This document shows, in pieces, positions 51,876-63,136 of a stretch of 64,000 nt of DNA. Source of the DNA: an uncultured Hydrogenophaga sp. GTDB taxonomy: Bacteria; Pseudomonadota; Gammaproteobacteria; Burkholderiales; Burkholderiaceae_C. The notes under the pieces were generated by a model. The model saw nothing but the letters and a program-made list of their open reading frames with translations. It was not told the origin of the DNA and did not search any database. The position numbers and the translations under genes are program-made. Within the stretch, counting starts at the first letter, position 1. Each line of letters begins with the position of its first letter. Location of the stretch: positions 14,135-78,134 of the forward strand of contig NZ_CAXXQI010000004.1 in assembly GCF_958439165.2 (NCBI RefSeq), written 5' to 3'.

Positions 51876-53998
51876 TTAGAGACCGTGCGACCCAGCACCC
51901 GCGGGGTGATGAAGATCAGCAGTTCAGACTTGTTGGAAATCCGGCTGCGGGTCTTGAACAGGTTGCCGACGCCCGGCAGGTCGCCCAGCAGTGGCACCTT
52001 GTCGACTTCGTTCCGATCGGTCTGCTCGAAGATGCCGCCGATCACCACGGTACCGCCGTTTTCCACCAGCACCTGGGTCTTCACGTGCTTGGTGTTGATC
52101 GCGATGCCGTCGGGCGTGACGTCACCCGGGCTGTCCTTGTTCACGTCCAGGTCAAGAATGATGTTGCCTTCGGGCGTGATCTGGGGAATCACTTCCAGCT
52201 TCAGGTTGGCCTTGCGGAAAGCAATGGCCGTGGCGCCGCTGGAGGTGGCCGTCTGGTACGGAATTTCGGTTCCTTGTTCGATCAGAGCCTTCACCTGGTC
52301 GGCCGTGACGACCCGGGGGCTGGACACGATGCGCCCCTTGCCGTCCGATTCGAGAGCCGAAACTTCCAGTGCGAGGAAGCGGGTGGCACTCGGGCTGAAC
52401 AGCGAGAGCGCGTAGGTGGCTGCAGCGTTGTTCGACGGGTTGGCCGGCAGGTTGACGAACGGCAGGGAGGTCAGGTTGGGCTGTCCTGCACCGGTCACCG
52501 CGCCATAGTTGGAGCCAAAGCTGCCCCGGGTCTCGTTGCCGCCCGTATCCGGCGACTGGCGGATGCCGCCGCCCAGTCGGACACCGATGGATTTGCTGAA
52601 GGTGTCGTCGGCTTCCACGATACGGGCCTCGATCATCACCTGCCGGATCGGTATGTCCAACTTGGTGATCAGTTCCTGCACCGCTTGCAGTCGAGCGGGC
52701 GTGTCGGTCACGAAAAGCTGGTTGGTGCGGGGCTCGGAGATGACGCTGCCACGGGAAGACAGAATGCTGGCATTCCCGCCCGCTCCGGTCGTCCCGCTGC
52801 TGACGCCGCCGCCGGCCCTCAGCTGTGAAGCAATGTCAGCTGCCTTGGCATAGTTCATCTGAAACGACTGGGTGCGCAGCACTTCGAGGCTTTCGATCGA
52901 GGCCTTGGACTCCAACTCCTGCTTCTCGCGGGCGGTGATCTCGTCCTTGGGGGCGATCCAGATCACGTTGCCGGACTTGCGCATGCCCAGGCCCTTGGCC
53001 TGCATGATGATGTCCAGTGCCTGATCCCAGGGCACGTCCTTCAGCCGCAGCGTCACCGAGCCCGTCACCGAGTCGGACGTCACGATGTTGAAACTGGTGA
53101 AGTCCGCGATCACCTGGAGCAGCGAGCGAACCTCGATGTTCTGGAAGTTCAGGGACAGCTTCTCACCGGTGTAGCCCGGACCCTGGCTGAGCTTGGCCGG
53201 GTCGATCTTCTGTTCGCGGATTTCCAGGACGAACTGGTTATCGCTCTGGTAAGCCGAGTGATCCCAGGCGCCGGTCGGGGTGACCACCATGCGAACCCGG
53301 TCGCCGATCTGGCTGGTGACGATGGTCTGAACCGGCGTGCCGAAATCGGTCACGTCCAGACGACGGCGCAGGCCTTCAGGCAGCGAAGTCTTCAGAAAGT
53401 CGACGACCAGGGTCGATCCTTGCGGACGGATGTCGACGCCGACCTGGCTGCTGGCCAGATCCACGACGATGCGGCCGGTGCCGCCATTGCCGCGGCGGAA
53501 ATCGATGTCACGCAGAGCAGCAACGTCCAGTGCACGGCTCTCGGCAAAGGGGGCGGCCGGCTGCGTCTGTGCAGTCACCACCTCGGGCCGCTCCATCAAG
53601 ACCAGGAGGGTGTTTCCTTCGACCCTTGTCTGGTAGGCCGACGATTGCTTGAGGTTGATGACGACTCGGGTACGGTCGCCGGCCTGCACCACGTTGGCCG
53701 AGCGGAGGTTGCCCTCGTTGATGTCGACGGTGCTGCGGCCGATGGCATTGGTGACCCCGGGGAAGTCCAGCGCGATCCGTGCGGGAGTCTGGATGGTGAA
53801 ACCGGCCGGCGGGGCCTTCAGCGGCTCCTTCGTCACGATCCGGATCACTTCGGTGCCGCCTTGCATGCCGCCCGTGACCGATTCGATGGCGTTTTGCGCG
53901 CTCGCCCATGCGGATGCCGTGCACAGCAGCGCCCAGACCGCTGCCTGTTTCAACCGGGACCCTGCAATGCTGCCGGTAGTCCGATATGCCTTGTTCAT
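51872..53998 (-). CDS. pilQ: Type IV pilus secretin PilQ
   Basis: AMIN-like N-terminus, VPWDQALD, QVMIEARIVE, VPLLGDLP, ELLIFITP. Confidence 0.96.
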   Translation of the reverse strand: MNKAYRTTGSIAGSRLKQAAVWALLCTASAWASAQNAIESVTGGMQGGTEVIRIVTKEPLKAPPAGFTIQTPARIALDFPGVTNAIGRSTVDINEGNLRSANVVQAGDRTRVVINLKQSSAYQTRVEGNTLLVLMERPEVVTAQTQPAAPFAESRALDVAALRDIDFRRGNGGTGRIVVDLASSQVGVDIRPQGSTLVVDFLKTSLPEGLRRRLDVTDFGTPVQTIVTSQIGDRVRMVVTPTGAWDHSAYQSDNQFVLEIREQKIDPAKLSQGPGYTGEKLSLNFQNIEVRSLLQVIADFTSFNIVTSDSVTGSVTLRLKDVPWDQALDIIMQAKGLGMRKSGNVIWIAPKDEITAREKQELESKASIESLEVLRTQSFQMNYAKAADIASQLRAGGGVSSGTTGAGGNASILSSRGSVISEPRTNQLFVTDTPARLQAVQELITKLDIPIRQVMIEARIVEADDTFSKSIGVRLGGGIRQSPDTGGNETRGSFGSNYGAVTGAGQPNLTSLPFVNLPANPSNNAAATYALSLFSPSATRFLALEVSALESDGKGRIVSSPRVVTADQVKALIEQGTEIPYQTATSSGATAIAFRKANLKLEVIPQITPEGNIILDLDVNKDSPGDVTPDGIAINTKHVKTQVLVENGGTVVIGGIFEQTDRNEVDKVPLLGDLPGVGNLFKTRSRISNKSELLIFITPRVLGRTVSN

Positions 53999-54546
53999 TT
54001 GGAATTTCCCTCTACCAATTGCAGCGCTGCAGGGCGCTCTGTCCATTCGCCGGTGGAGTCCTGAACGATTTCTCGCAGCACGACCTCGGTTTCGCTGATG
54101 CGCATCACCCGCCCGTAGTTGAGTCCCAGATAGTTGCCTGGTTTGACCTGATACAGGAGCGCACCCACTCTCACCAACGCCACCAGCGTGCCGTTGCGAT
54201 CCAGGCTACCCACCAAGGCCATCGTATCGAGGGGAAAAGCCTCCAGCGGTTCGCGACGCCGGTTCAGCTCAGGCTCGATGAGGGCGGAGCTGGCAACCGG
54301 TCCGGTAGAGCCCCGCAGCATGTTTTCCAGCTTTTCGGTGCTGAACGGCTGCATGCCGTTGGCTGTGCTGTAGGGTTCGGGATTGAACTTGGTCGGCTCG
54401 GGGATGGGCTGTACCGACGGCTTGATGCCGTTTCTCTCCGACTGCATCCAGGCCCGGATGTCATCCTGCTCGGAGCCGCCGCAAGCAGCCAGACTGATCG
54501 TTGTTGCCAGCACGCAGAGTGCTGGGATCGCGCGATGTCGCATCAC
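53995..54546 (-). CDS. pilP: Type IV pilus lipoprotein PilP
   Basis: LAAC lipobox, EPLEAFPLD, GNYLG.NYG. Confidence 0.94.
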   Translation of the reverse strand: MMRHRAIPALCVLATTISLAACGGSEQDDIRAWMQSERNGIKPSVQPIPEPTKFNPEPYSTANGMQPFSTEKLENMLRGSTGPVASSALIEPELNRRREPLEAFPLDTMALVGSLDRNGTLVALVRVGALLYQVKPGNYLGLNYGRVMRISETEVVLREIVQDSTGEWTERPAALQLVEGNSK

Positions 54547-55214
54547 TTGTTGACCCCCGGCTGCCCACCCTGCTGAGCGGCAACTTCATCTTGATCAAGA
54601 TACCGGAAGGTCTTCGCCACACCGTCCATGGTCAAGGTGCCGCGGTCACGCCCGGGCGACAGCGACAGGTTGTTGAGCGTCACGATGCGGGACAGATTGG
54701 CAATATCGGCCGCGAACAGCCCCACGTCGTGGTAGCTGCCGGTCACCCTAACCGTGATCGGCAGTTCGGCGTAATACTGCTTGACCGTGACCTGGCCGGG
54801 CCTGAACAACTCGAATTGCAGGCTGCGGCCAAGTCCGGCCTGGTTGATGTCGGACAACAGGGCATCCATCTCGGCCTTGCTGGGCAGCTGTTTCTCGAGC
54901 TGGGTGACGTACTGCTGGACCTGTTCCAACTGTTTCTTCAGCGCATCCAGGTTGACGGCCTGAACCAGCTTGGCTCGGTAGGTGGTCCGCAACTCGGTCT
55001 CGCGCGACTTGGCAGCCAGCAATTCCGCGTCGACATCCTTCAGCCAGAAGAACCAGAGCCCGCCGATGATGGCTGCGCAGATGGCCACCAGCAGAAGATT
55101 GCGCGGGAGGGCCGGCCAGAGCGACGGATCGTTGGGGTCCAGGTCGGAAAACTGGCTGCGCAGTCTGTCCTGCAGGACCTTGAAATCGATATTGATGTTT
55201 GGAGATTTCGCCAT
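54543..55214 (-). CDS. pilO: Type IV pilus protein PilO
   Basis: QLPSKAEM, YAELPI, G.YH, LSRIVTL. Confidence 0.95.
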   Translation of the reverse strand: MAKSPNINIDFKVLQDRLRSQFSDLDPNDPSLWPALPRNLLLVAICAAIIGGLWFFWLKDVDAELLAAKSRETELRTTYRAKLVQAVNLDALKKQLEQVQQYVTQLEKQLPSKAEMDALLSDINQAGLGRSLQFELFRPGQVTVKQYYAELPITVRVTGSYHDVGLFAADIANLSRIVTLNNLSLSPGRDRGTLTMDGVAKTFRYLDQDEVAAQQGGQPGVNK

Positions 55215-55227
55215 CGTGCACCCCTGT

Positions 55228-55836
55228 TCAGACCTTGCCCGGTGGCTGGTCGGCTGCCGGAGCCGGTGCAGCCGGCGCAGGACGCTTCAGCGTGGCTCTG
55301 ACGGTGAAGTTGGAAACCCGGCGCTGCTCCCGCCCGGCCAGAGCGGCGGAACCGGCAACGATCTCGACGAGCTCGGGACGGGTCAGCCAGGGACTGTTGT
55401 TGCCGAGATTGCGCAAGAGCTCAGAGACACGCTCCTGGGACTGTGCAGTTCCAGTGAGAAGGATGCTGAGGTTTTCCTGCCGGATGGTGTTGAGATACAC
55501 ACCGTCGGGCAGCTGGGTGACCAGTTCCTCGAGCATGTGGACCGGCAGGTTCCGATCGGCCTGGAGATCCTCCACCGCGGTCTGCCGGGCACGGAGCGAC
55601 GCAATCTGCTGCTGCAAGCTGGCGATGTCCTTGATCTCGGCGTCCAGCTTCGCGGTCTCGGACACGAGGAACTGGTTGCGGGCCTGCTGTTGTTCGATCT
55701 GCGCCTGGTACCACAGGAAAACCGCGGCAGACACGAGGACGCCGATGAGTGCCGATCCGCCCAGTTGGGTGAAGAACAGCTCTTTTTGCCGCTTTCGTGC
55801 CGCTTCCCGGTGGGGAAGAAGGTTGATCAGGATCAT
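55228..55836 (-). CDS. pilN: Type IV pilus protein PilN
   Basis: INLLP motif followed by TM and coiled coil. Confidence 0.95.
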   Translation of the reverse strand: MILINLLPHREAARKRQKELFFTQLGGSALIGVLVSAAVFLWYQAQIEQQQARNQFLVSETAKLDAEIKDIASLQQQIASLRARQTAVEDLQADRNLPVHMLEELVTQLPDGVYLNTIRQENLSILLTGTAQSQERVSELLRNLGNNSPWLTRPELVEIVAGSAALAGREQRRVSNFTVRATLKRPAPAAPAPAADQPPGKV

Positions 55837-56912
55837 TGGTGGAACCTCCTGAGGGCCAGACCGGTCGACGTCAGGTAGGCGGGCGCTTCACGGCTGATCT
55901 TGCGGGCCTGGACAGAGGCCCCCATCTCCATGGTGTCGAAGGGATTGATCACCATGCAGTTGAACGACGTCTGCTGGGAAACGGCCTCGGTCAGGCCGGC
56001 AAGACCGGCGCTTCCGCCAGCCAGCAGGATGTGATCGACCTTGTTGAAGGGCGTGCTGGTGAAGAAGAACTGCAGCGCCCGGCTGACTTCCTGCGCCAGG
56101 CTGTCGACAAAAGGATCCAGCACCGCCTGGCGGTAATCCTCGGGCAGCTCGCCCGAACGTTTCTTGGCTTCCGCCTCGTCGGACGAAAAACCATATTGAC
56201 GGACGATCAGCTGGGTGAGTTGCGAACCGCCGAAAGCCTGGTCGCGTTCGTAGAGCACTTCCTCGTTGCGGATCACCTGCATGCTGGTCGTCAGCGAGCC
56301 GATCTCGAAAAGCGCCACCAGCGCATCCGCTCCCTGGTTGGGCAGGGATTCGACAACCCGACCGGCCGCCAGCCGGGAAGCGAAGGACTCGACGTCCATC
56401 ACCACCGGCTTGAGGCCGGCCGCCTCCGCGAGACCTTGACGGTCGGATACTTTCTCCTTGCGGGATGCGGCGATCAGAACCTCGATGTCGCCCACCGCCG
56501 TGGCGCTGGGCCCGATCACGCAGAAGTCGAGACTCACTTCATCCAGGGAGAAGGGAATGTATTGGTTGGCTTCCGACTCGACCTGAGCTTCCAGCTCCTT
56601 GTCGGTCAGGCCGCCGGGCAGGATGATCTTCTTGGTGATGACCGCCGAAGCGGGCAGTGCCAGCGCCACCTGCTTGGTCTTGCTGCCGCTCTTGCGGACA
56701 AGGCGCCGGAGTGCGTCGGCCACTTCGTCGAACTTCTCGATGTTGCCGTCCACGATCCAGCCGCGTTCCAGCGGCTCCATGGCACAGCGTTCCAGGACCA
56801 GCTCGCCCGAGCGGCTGCGGCTCAGTTCCACCAGCTTCACGCTGGACGTGCTGATGTCGATGCCCAGAATGGGCGCCGGTTCTCGGCTGAATAACGATCC
56901 CAATGAGATCAA
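55833..56912 (-). CDS. pilM: Type IV pilus protein PilM
   Basis: GIDIS...VK, YIPF...EV.LDF, LAGG; start approximate (TTG). Confidence 0.95.
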   Translation of the reverse strand: MISLGSLFSREPAPILGIDISTSSVKLVELSRSRSGELVLERCAMEPLERGWIVDGNIEKFDEVADALRRLVRKSGSKTKQVALALPASAVITKKIILPGGLTDKELEAQVESEANQYIPFSLDEVSLDFCVIGPSATAVGDIEVLIAASRKEKVSDRQGLAEAAGLKPVVMDVESFASRLAAGRVVESLPNQGADALVALFEIGSLTTSMQVIRNEEVLYERDQAFGGSQLTQLIVRQYGFSSDEAEAKKRSGELPEDYRQAVLDPFVDSLAQEVSRALQFFFTSTPFNKVDHILLAGGSAGLAGLTEAVSQQTSFNCMVINPFDTMEMGASVQARKISREAPAYLTSTGLALRRFHQ

Positions 56913-56967
56913 GGCGGCCCCCAAAACATCAACTCAAGGCGGTTTCGAAACTTAAGAAGTCACTTCA

Positions 56968-56996
56968 ATGCTAGCAGTAAGCCCCTTGTCCAGCAA
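56968..56996 (-). promoter_or_regulatory. Sigma70 promoter candidate for pilMNOPQ
   Basis: TTGCTG-17 bp-TAGCAT with extended TG. Confidence 0.45.
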
Positions 56997-57180
56997 AGAT
57001 TTTTGACACGCCCCACAAATAGAAACGTTGTCAAAATCACACGAGACAAGATCCCGTGGCTGGCTGTTGCCGGTGACTTGGGAGGTCGCCTCACATCCCC
57101 TCACAAGTTGACCGCATTCCGGTGGGCGTGGAAAAAAGGGGGCGTTTTTATAATGGACAACCGTTCCAACGAATGCATTC

Positions 57181-59592
57181 ATGCCCGCTGACGACAGTAC
57201 CCCCACCCGTTCTCCTTCAAAACGAGTATCTGCACCGTCGAGCCCGATCGCCCTGATCGGACGCTTGGTGGTGGGTCTGGTCGGACTGGCGGCAGCCGGT
57301 GTTGCTTGCGTGCTGATAGCGGTGGGTATTGCCCTGGCGGTGGCGTACCCGAATCTGCCCGATGTCACCGGCCTGGCCGACTACCAGCCCAAGCTGCCTC
57401 TGCGGGTGTTGAGCGCGGATGGCCGGCTGATCGGCGAATTCGGCGAAGAGCGCCGCAACCTCATGCGGATCAATGACATCCCCGACGTCATGAAGAATGC
57501 CGTTCTGGCGATCGAGGACGCGCGGTTCTTCGAGCACAGCGGCGTCGACTACCGTGGCATGCTGCGGGCTGCGCTGGCCAATCTGCGGCAGGCCAAGAGC
57601 CAGGGTGCGTCCACGATCACGATGCAGGTGGCGCGCAACGTCTATCTTTCGGCCGAAAAGAGCTACACGCGCAAGATTTACGAGGTGCTGCTGACCTTCA
57701 AGCTGGAGCACCTGCTGACCAAGGAACAGATCCTCGAGATCTACATGAACCAGATCTTTCTGGGTCAGCGGTCCTATGGATTCGAGTCGGCGGCACAGAC
57801 CTACTTCGGCAAGTCGCTCAAGGAAGTCACCATTGCCGAGGCCGCCATGCTGGCCGGTTTGCCGCAGGCCCCTTCGGCCTACAACCCGATCCGCAACCCC
57901 AAGCGTGCCCGGGCCAGGCAGCTGCACATCATCGACCGGATGGTCGACAACGGGTTCATCACCGAAGCCCAGGCCGAACAGGCCAAGGCCGAGCCCCTGA
58001 AGCTGCGCACGCCGACCGTCACGGCCGGCATCCAGGCCGACTATGTGGCGGAGATGGTCCGGCAGGCCATGGTGGACCAGTATGGCGAAGAGGCCTACAC
58101 GCGTGGACTGGTCGTCACCACCACGGTGCGCGCTGCCGCGCAGGAAGCCGCCTACAAAGCTGTCCGGGCGGGCATTCTGGACTTTGAACGCCGGCAGTTC
58201 TACCGGGGGCCGGAGCTGTTCATCACCCTGCCGACCGATCCTGCCGAACGCGATGCAGCAATCGACGAGGCCTTGTCCGACCGGCCGGACAACGGCGACC
58301 TGCTGAGTGCGGTGGTGCTGGAGGCCAGCCCGCGCAAGGTGGTGGCGGTGCGGCAGGATGGCGAACCGTTCGACATCACGGGCGAAGGACTGAAGCCGGC
58401 CCAGTCGGGTCTGTCGGACAAGGCCGGGCCGAACGTCAGGATCCGGCCGGGAGCGGTCATCCGGGTGGTCAAGCTGGATGACAAGAACTGGCGGATCACG
58501 CAGCTGCCCGAGGTGGAGTCCGCATTCGTGGCACTCGATCCGCGCAATGGACGCATACAGGCACTGGTGGGCGGCTTCGATTTCCAGAAGGGCAAGTTCA
58601 ACCACGTGACCCAGGCCTGGCGCCAGCCAGGGTCGAGCTTCAAGCCCTTCATCTATTCAGCAGCGCTGGAAAAGGGCCTGACCCCGATGACCGTGGTCAA
58701 CGACGCGCCTCTTTTCTACAGCGCCGAACAGACCGGCGGCAAGCCCTGGGAACCCAAGAACTACGACGGCCAGTTCGATGGTCCGATGTCGGTGCGCCGC
58801 GCACTGGCCAAGTCCAAGAACATGGTGTCGATCCGGGTGCTGCAGCTGGTGGGCACACAGAGCGCACAGGAGTGGGTTTCGCGCTTCGGCTTTGATCCGG
58901 CCCGCCATCCGCCTTATCTGACCATGGCGCTGGGCGCCGGGTCGGTGACACCCATGCAGATGGCCACCGGATATGCCGTATTCGCCAACGGCGGGTACCG
59001 CGTCACGCCGACCCTGATCACCAAGGTGTCCGACTACCGGGGCCACGTGCTGTTCGAGGCCCCGCAGACCACACTGGACAGTGCGCCCCGGGTCATTGAC
59101 GCGCGCAATGCGTTCGTCATGAACAGCCTGCTCCAGGAAATCACCCGTTCCGGCACCGCAGCGAGGGCCCAGTCCACACTCAAGCGGCCGGACCTGTTCG
59201 GCAAGACAGGTACCACCAACGATGCGGTCGACGCCTGGTTCGTGGGTTACCAGCCCACCGTCGTGGCCGCTGCCTGGGTGGGTTACGACACCCCGCGCAA
59301 TCTGGGCAGCCGTGAAACCGGCGGCGGGCTGAGCCTGCCGATCTGGATCTCGTACATGCAGACCGCGCTGAAGGATGTGCCGGTGGCCCAGTACGATCCA
59401 CCCCCGGGCGTCGTGAACGTGGGTGGCGAGTGGTACTACGAGGAATACGGCCCGGACCGCGGCGTCCAGTCGCTGGGCATGCAGGATCCGCTGCCTGGGC
59501 AGGCGCCTGCTGGGGAACAGCCGGCCGGCGAAGCGCCTCGTGCACCGGTCATCGAGGACCGGCGCTCCATCCTCGACCTCTTCAGGAACTGA
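57181..59592 (+). CDS. mrcA: Penicillin-binding protein 1A
   Basis: [13 protein letters not shown] glycosyltransferase motifs; SSFK, SKN, KTG transpeptidase motifs; divergent from pilM; TATAAT at 57149-57154. Confidence 0.96.
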   Translation: MPADDSTPTRSPSKRVSAPSSPIALIGRLVVGLVGLAAAGVACVLIAVGIALAVAYPNLPDVTGLADYQPKLPLRVLSADGRLIGEFGEERRNLMRINDIPDVMKNAVLAIEDARFFEHSGVDYRGMLRAALANLRQAKSQGASTITMQVARNVYLSAEKSYTRKIYEVLLTFKLEHLLTKEQILEIYMNQIFLGQRSYGFESAAQTYFGKSLKEVTIAEAAMLAGLPQAPSAYNPIRNPKRARARQLHIIDRMVDNGFITEAQAEQAKAEPLKLRTPTVTAGIQADYVAEMVRQAMVDQYGEEAYTRGLVVTTTVRAAAQEAAYKAVRAGILDFERRQFYRGPELFITLPTDPAERDAAIDEALSDRPDNGDLLSAVVLEASPRKVVAVRQDGEPFDITGEGLKPAQSGLSDKAGPNVRIRPGAVIRVVKLDDKNWRITQLPEVESAFVALDPRNGRIQALVGGFDFQKGKFNHVTQAWRQPGSSFKPFIYSAALEKGLTPMTVVNDAPLFYSAEQTGGKPWEPKNYDGQFDGPMSVRRALAKSKNMVSIRVLQLVGTQSAQEWVSRFGFDPARHPPYLTMALGAGSVTPMQMATGYAVFANGGYRVTPTLITKVSDYRGHVLFEAPQTTLDSAPRVIDARNAFVMNSLLQEITRSGTAARAQSTLKRPDLFGKTGTTNDAVDAWFVGYQPTVVAAAWVGYDTPRNLGSRETGGGLSLPIWISYMQTALKDVPVAQYDPPPGVVNVGGEWYYEEYGPDRGVQSLGMQDPLPGQAPAGEQPAGEAPRAPVIEDRRSILDLFRN

Positions 59593-59911
59593 AGTCCAGC
59601 GGCTGCCCGGCCTGCTCGGTGGCGTGCCGGGTCAGGTTCGAGAAGAACTCGCCCTGCCCTTTGGTGTCCATCCAGGCGGTGCCGTCGTGGCGGTAATGGA
59701 AGCCGCCCGCCTTGGCGGCCAGCCAGACCTCCTGCAGTGGCTTCTGCAGATTGATGATGATCTGGGTGCGGTTGCTGAAGGTCAGCGTGATCATCCCGCC
59801 CACACGCTGGTTGTCGATGTCGGCGTCGGTGTCGTCGTTGAGGCGGTCACAGGCGAGCTCGATGGCCTTGAGCAGGGCTTCGGCGCGGTCCAGGTATTCG
59901 GTGTCGGTCAT
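59582..59911 (-). CDS. cyaY: Frataxin-like iron donor CyaY
   Basis: IIINLQ.P..EVWLA.K.GG.HY. Confidence 0.95.
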   Translation of the reverse strand: MTDTEYLDRAEALLKAIELACDRLNDDTDADIDNQRVGGMITLTFSNRTQIIINLQKPLQEVWLAAKAGGFHYRHDGTAWMDTKGQGEFFSNLTRHATEQAGQPLDFSS

Positions 59912-59923
59912 TACAATGCGTGA

Positions 59924-60145
59924 ATGTTCGGGTTCCAACGCATTCTAGGCCGCTGCCATGGCCCCGCCCGGGTCGGGGTTCTGTGCCTGGCGAGCTGCGC
60001 CGGCCTGTGGGGATGCGGCCAGAAAGGCCCGCTGTTCCTGCCCTCCCAGACGACCTCCGCTGTGCCCGCAACAGCGGCTCTCCCCTCATCCGCTCCCGCC
60101 CAGAATGTCCCAGCTGCCCGCCTTCCTGACACGCCAGAACGGTGA
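59924..60145 (+). CDS. lptM: Small lipoprotein, LptM/YifL/LppL family
   Basis: [13 protein letters not shown] motif; cyaY-lipoprotein-lysA synteny. Confidence 0.85.
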   Translation: MFGFQRILGRCHGPARVGVLCLASCAGLWGCGQKGPLFLPSQTTSAVPATAALPSSAPAQNVPAARLPDTPER

Positions 60146-61370
60146 ACTGCACATGGAGGGCGCGGCGCTGTCGCGACTCGCCCGCGAACACGGGACGCCG
60201 CTGTTCGTCTACAGCCGTGCGGCCATGCTGGCCTCCCTCGCCGCCTACCAGCGCGGGCTCGCCGGGCGCGATCACCTCATCTGCTATGCCATGAAGGCCA
60301 ACTCCTCGCTGGCCATCCTGCAGACCCTGGTACGGGCCGGTTGTGGTCTGGACATCGTCTCCGGCGGCGAGCTGGAACGGGCCCTGGCGGCCGGCGTGCA
60401 GCCTGAACGCATCATCTTCTCAGGCGTCGGCAAGACCCGGGCCGAAATGCAGCGCGCGATCGAAGTCGGCATCGGCTGCTTCAACGTGGAAAGCCGGGCC
60501 GAACTCGACGTGCTGGACGAAGTCGCGCGCGGCCTGGGCCGGCGCGCGCCGGTCAGCATCCGCGTCAACCCGAACGTGGACGCCAAGACGCACCCCTACA
60601 TCTCCACCGGCCTGAAAGGCAACAAGTTCGGCATCGCCCATGAAGAGGTGATCGCCACCTACCTCCATGCGGCGGGCTGCAGCGGCCTTCAGGTGGTGGG
60701 CATCGACTGCCACATCGGTTCCCAGATCACCCAGTCAGGCCCCTACCTGGACGCGATGGACCGGGTGCTCGATCTGGTCACGGCCATCGAGGCGGCCGGC
60801 GTGCCCATCCCCCACATCGACTTCGGCGGCGGCCTGGGCATCGACTACAACGGCGATACCCCGCCGGCAGCCGACGACCTCTGGGCGCAGCTGCTGGCCC
60901 GGCTCGATGCGCGTGGCTTCGGGCAGCGCAAGATCATGATCGAGCCCGGGCGGTCGCTGGTGGGCAACGCCGGCGTCTGCCTGACCGAGGTGCTCTACCT
61001 CAAGCCGGGCGAGCAGAAGAACTTCCTAATCGTCGATGCAGCCATGAACGACCTGCCGCGACCGGCCATGTACCAGGCCTTCCACCGCATCGAGCCGGTC
61101 AAGCCGCGTGCGGGCGCGCCCATGACCTGGGACGTCGTCGGTCCGGTGTGCGAGAGCGGTGACTGGATCGGGCGGGACCGTGCCCTTGACGTGCAATCCG
61201 GCGATCTGCTGGCAGTGCTGGCGGCCGGGGCTTACTGCATGAGCATGGCCAGCAACTACAACACCCGTGGCCGTGCAGCCGAAGTGCTGGTGGATGGCGA
61301 GCAGGTGCGGCTGATCCGCCAGCGCGAGAGCGTGGCCGATCAGCTGCGCATGGAAGTGCCGCTGGCCTGA
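60105..61370 (+). CDS. lysA: Diaminopimelate decarboxylase
   Basis: YAMKAN, HIGSQ, DFGGG, EPGR, GPVCESGD, GAY. Confidence 0.96.
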   Translation: MSQLPAFLTRQNGELHMEGAALSRLAREHGTPLFVYSRAAMLASLAAYQRGLAGRDHLICYAMKANSSLAILQTLVRAGCGLDIVSGGELERALAAGVQPERIIFSGVGKTRAEMQRAIEVGIGCFNVESRAELDVLDEVARGLGRRAPVSIRVNPNVDAKTHPYISTGLKGNKFGIAHEEVIATYLHAAGCSGLQVVGIDCHIGSQITQSGPYLDAMDRVLDLVTAIEAAGVPIPHIDFGGGLGIDYNGDTPPAADDLWAQLLARLDARGFGQRKIMIEPGRSLVGNAGVCLTEVLYLKPGEQKNFLIVDAAMNDLPRPAMYQAFHRIEPVKPRAGAPMTWDVVGPVCESGDWIGRDRALDVQSGDLLAVLAAGAYCMSMASNYNTRGRAAEVLVDGEQVRLIRQRESVADQLRMEVPLA

Positions 61371-62020
61371 GCGGACCGGCTGCGCGCCAGGCGCCGCCAC
61401 AGCCGCCAGCCCAGCAACCCGCCCAGCAAGGCGGCATACACCCAGACCTCGGCAAAGTCGTTCTTGCCGGCACGCATCCAGAAGAAATGCAGGACGGCCA
61501 GCGCCGCCACGACATACACGGTCCGGTGCAAGGCCTGCCAGCGGGCAGCCCCGAGCCAGCGGATGGCCCGGTTGAACGAGGTGGCCGCCAGAGCCAGCAG
61601 CAGCACCCACGACAGCATGCCCACCAGGATGAAGCGGCGCTGTCCGGTGTCGTGAACGATCGCCGCCAGGTCGAGCCCCATGTCGAACCAGGCATAAGCC
61701 AGCAGGTGCAGGCTGGCATAGAAGAACACGAACAGTCCCAGCATCCGACGCATCCGGGCCAGTGCAGGCCAGCCGGCCCAGGTGCGGAGCGGCGTGACCA
61801 GCAGCACCAGCACCAGGAACCGGATGGTCCAGTCGCCCAGTTGCCGGATCAGGGCTTCGGCCGGGTTGGCACCCAGCTGGTCATGCCAGGCGGCCCAGAA
61901 CAACCAGGCCACCGGGAGCAGGCACAACAGGCCCAGCAGCGGCTTGGCCGCCGGATGAAGCAGCACCCGATTGGGCAGACTGGGCTGTGGCCGCCGCAGT
62001 GACGGGTTCGCCGTGGCCAT
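61340..62020 (-). CDS. msrQ: Methionine sulfoxide reductase heme subunit
   Basis: RRMLGL, LAATS, W..LHR.VY. Confidence 0.93.
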   Translation of the reverse strand: MATANPSLRRPQPSLPNRVLLHPAAKPLLGLLCLLPVAWLFWAAWHDQLGANPAEALIRQLGDWTIRFLVLVLLVTPLRTWAGWPALARMRRMLGLFVFFYASLHLLAYAWFDMGLDLAAIVHDTGQRRFILVGMLSWVLLLALAATSFNRAIRWLGAARWQALHRTVYVVAALAVLHFFWMRAGKNDFAEVWVYAALLGGLLGWRLWRRLARSRSAQASGTSMRS

Positions 62021-62031
62021 GAGGGGCGGGC

Positions 62032-63024
62032 TCAGTAGAACTTGCGCAGGTCCATGCCGGCGTAGAGCTGCCCGACCTGGGCTTCGTAACCGTTGAACAT
62101 CTGCGTCTGCCGGCGCTTGGCGAACAGCCCGCCCTCGTCACCGATGCGTCGCTCGGTGGCCTGGCTCCAGCGCGGGTGCGCCACCTGCGGGTTGACGTTG
62201 GAATAGAAGCCGTATTCCTGCGGCGCGGCGATGTTCCAGGCGGTGTTGGGCTGCTTGTCGGTGAACCGGATCTTCACGATCGACTTGCCGCTCTTGAAGC
62301 CGTACTTCCAGGGCACCATCAGGCGCAACGGGGCGCCGTTCTGGTTGGGCAGCACTTCGCCGTACATGCCGAAAGCCAGCATCGACAGCGGATGCATGGC
62401 CTCGTCCATGCGCAGACCTTCGACGTAGGGCCACAACAGAACCGGGCTGCGCAGCCCGGGCATCTGGGCCTTGTCCGCCAGGGTGTGGAATTCGACGAAC
62501 TTCGCACTGCCCTGCGGCTCGACGCGGCGGATCAGTTCGGCCACCGAATAGCCGACCCACGGGATCACCATCGACCAACCCTCGACGCAGCGCATGCGGT
62601 AGATGCGCTCTTCCATGGCCGCGAGCTTGAGCAGGGACTCGATGTCGTAGGTGCCGGGCTTGTTCACCAGGCCTTCGACCTGCACCGTCCAGGGCCGGGT
62701 CTTGAGGGTTCCGGATCGGGCGGCCGGATCGGACTTGTCGGTGCCGAACTCGTAGAAGTTGTTGTAGGTGCTGGCGTCCTTGTAGGCCGTGGGCTTGTCC
62801 AGCGCCTGGGCACCGGCCAGGGCACTCGGGCGGGAGGCCAGGGGAGCCAGCCGGCCGGGGCGCTCGGTGCCGCTCTGGGCAAAGGCCTGGCGGCCGGACC
62901 AACCGACCGCGCCGGTGGCGGCGGCGGCCATCAGCCACTGACGGCGGTTCTGGTAAGCGCTCTGGGGGGTGATCTCGCTGGAGATCGGGTGCTGGAAGCC
63001 GTCCTGGCCGGTGCGGATGATCAT
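62032..63024 (-). CDS. msrP: Methionine sulfoxide reductase catalytic subunit
   Basis: NRRQWL Tat signal, [23 protein letters not shown]. Confidence 0.96.
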   Translation of the reverse strand: MIIRTGQDGFQHPISSEITPQSAYQNRRQWLMAAAATGAVGWSGRQAFAQSGTERPGRLAPLASRPSALAGAQALDKPTAYKDASTYNNFYEFGTDKSDPAARSGTLKTRPWTVQVEGLVNKPGTYDIESLLKLAAMEERIYRMRCVEGWSMVIPWVGYSVAELIRRVEPQGSAKFVEFHTLADKAQMPGLRSPVLLWPYVEGLRMDEAMHPLSMLAFGMYGEVLPNQNGAPLRLMVPWKYGFKSGKSIVKIRFTDKQPNTAWNIAAPQEYGFYSNVNPQVAHPRWSQATERRIGDEGGLFAKRRQTQMFNGYEAQVGQLYAGMDLRKFY

Positions 63025-63136
63025 GCTGCAAACCTCGAATGAAGACAGCAGGGCGGAGGATTCCGCCACCGCTGTCCGGGTTGGTCGTGGGACCGCAGCG
63101 ATTCTTGCAAAGTTCCGGCTGGCGGGCCGGCCGGGA

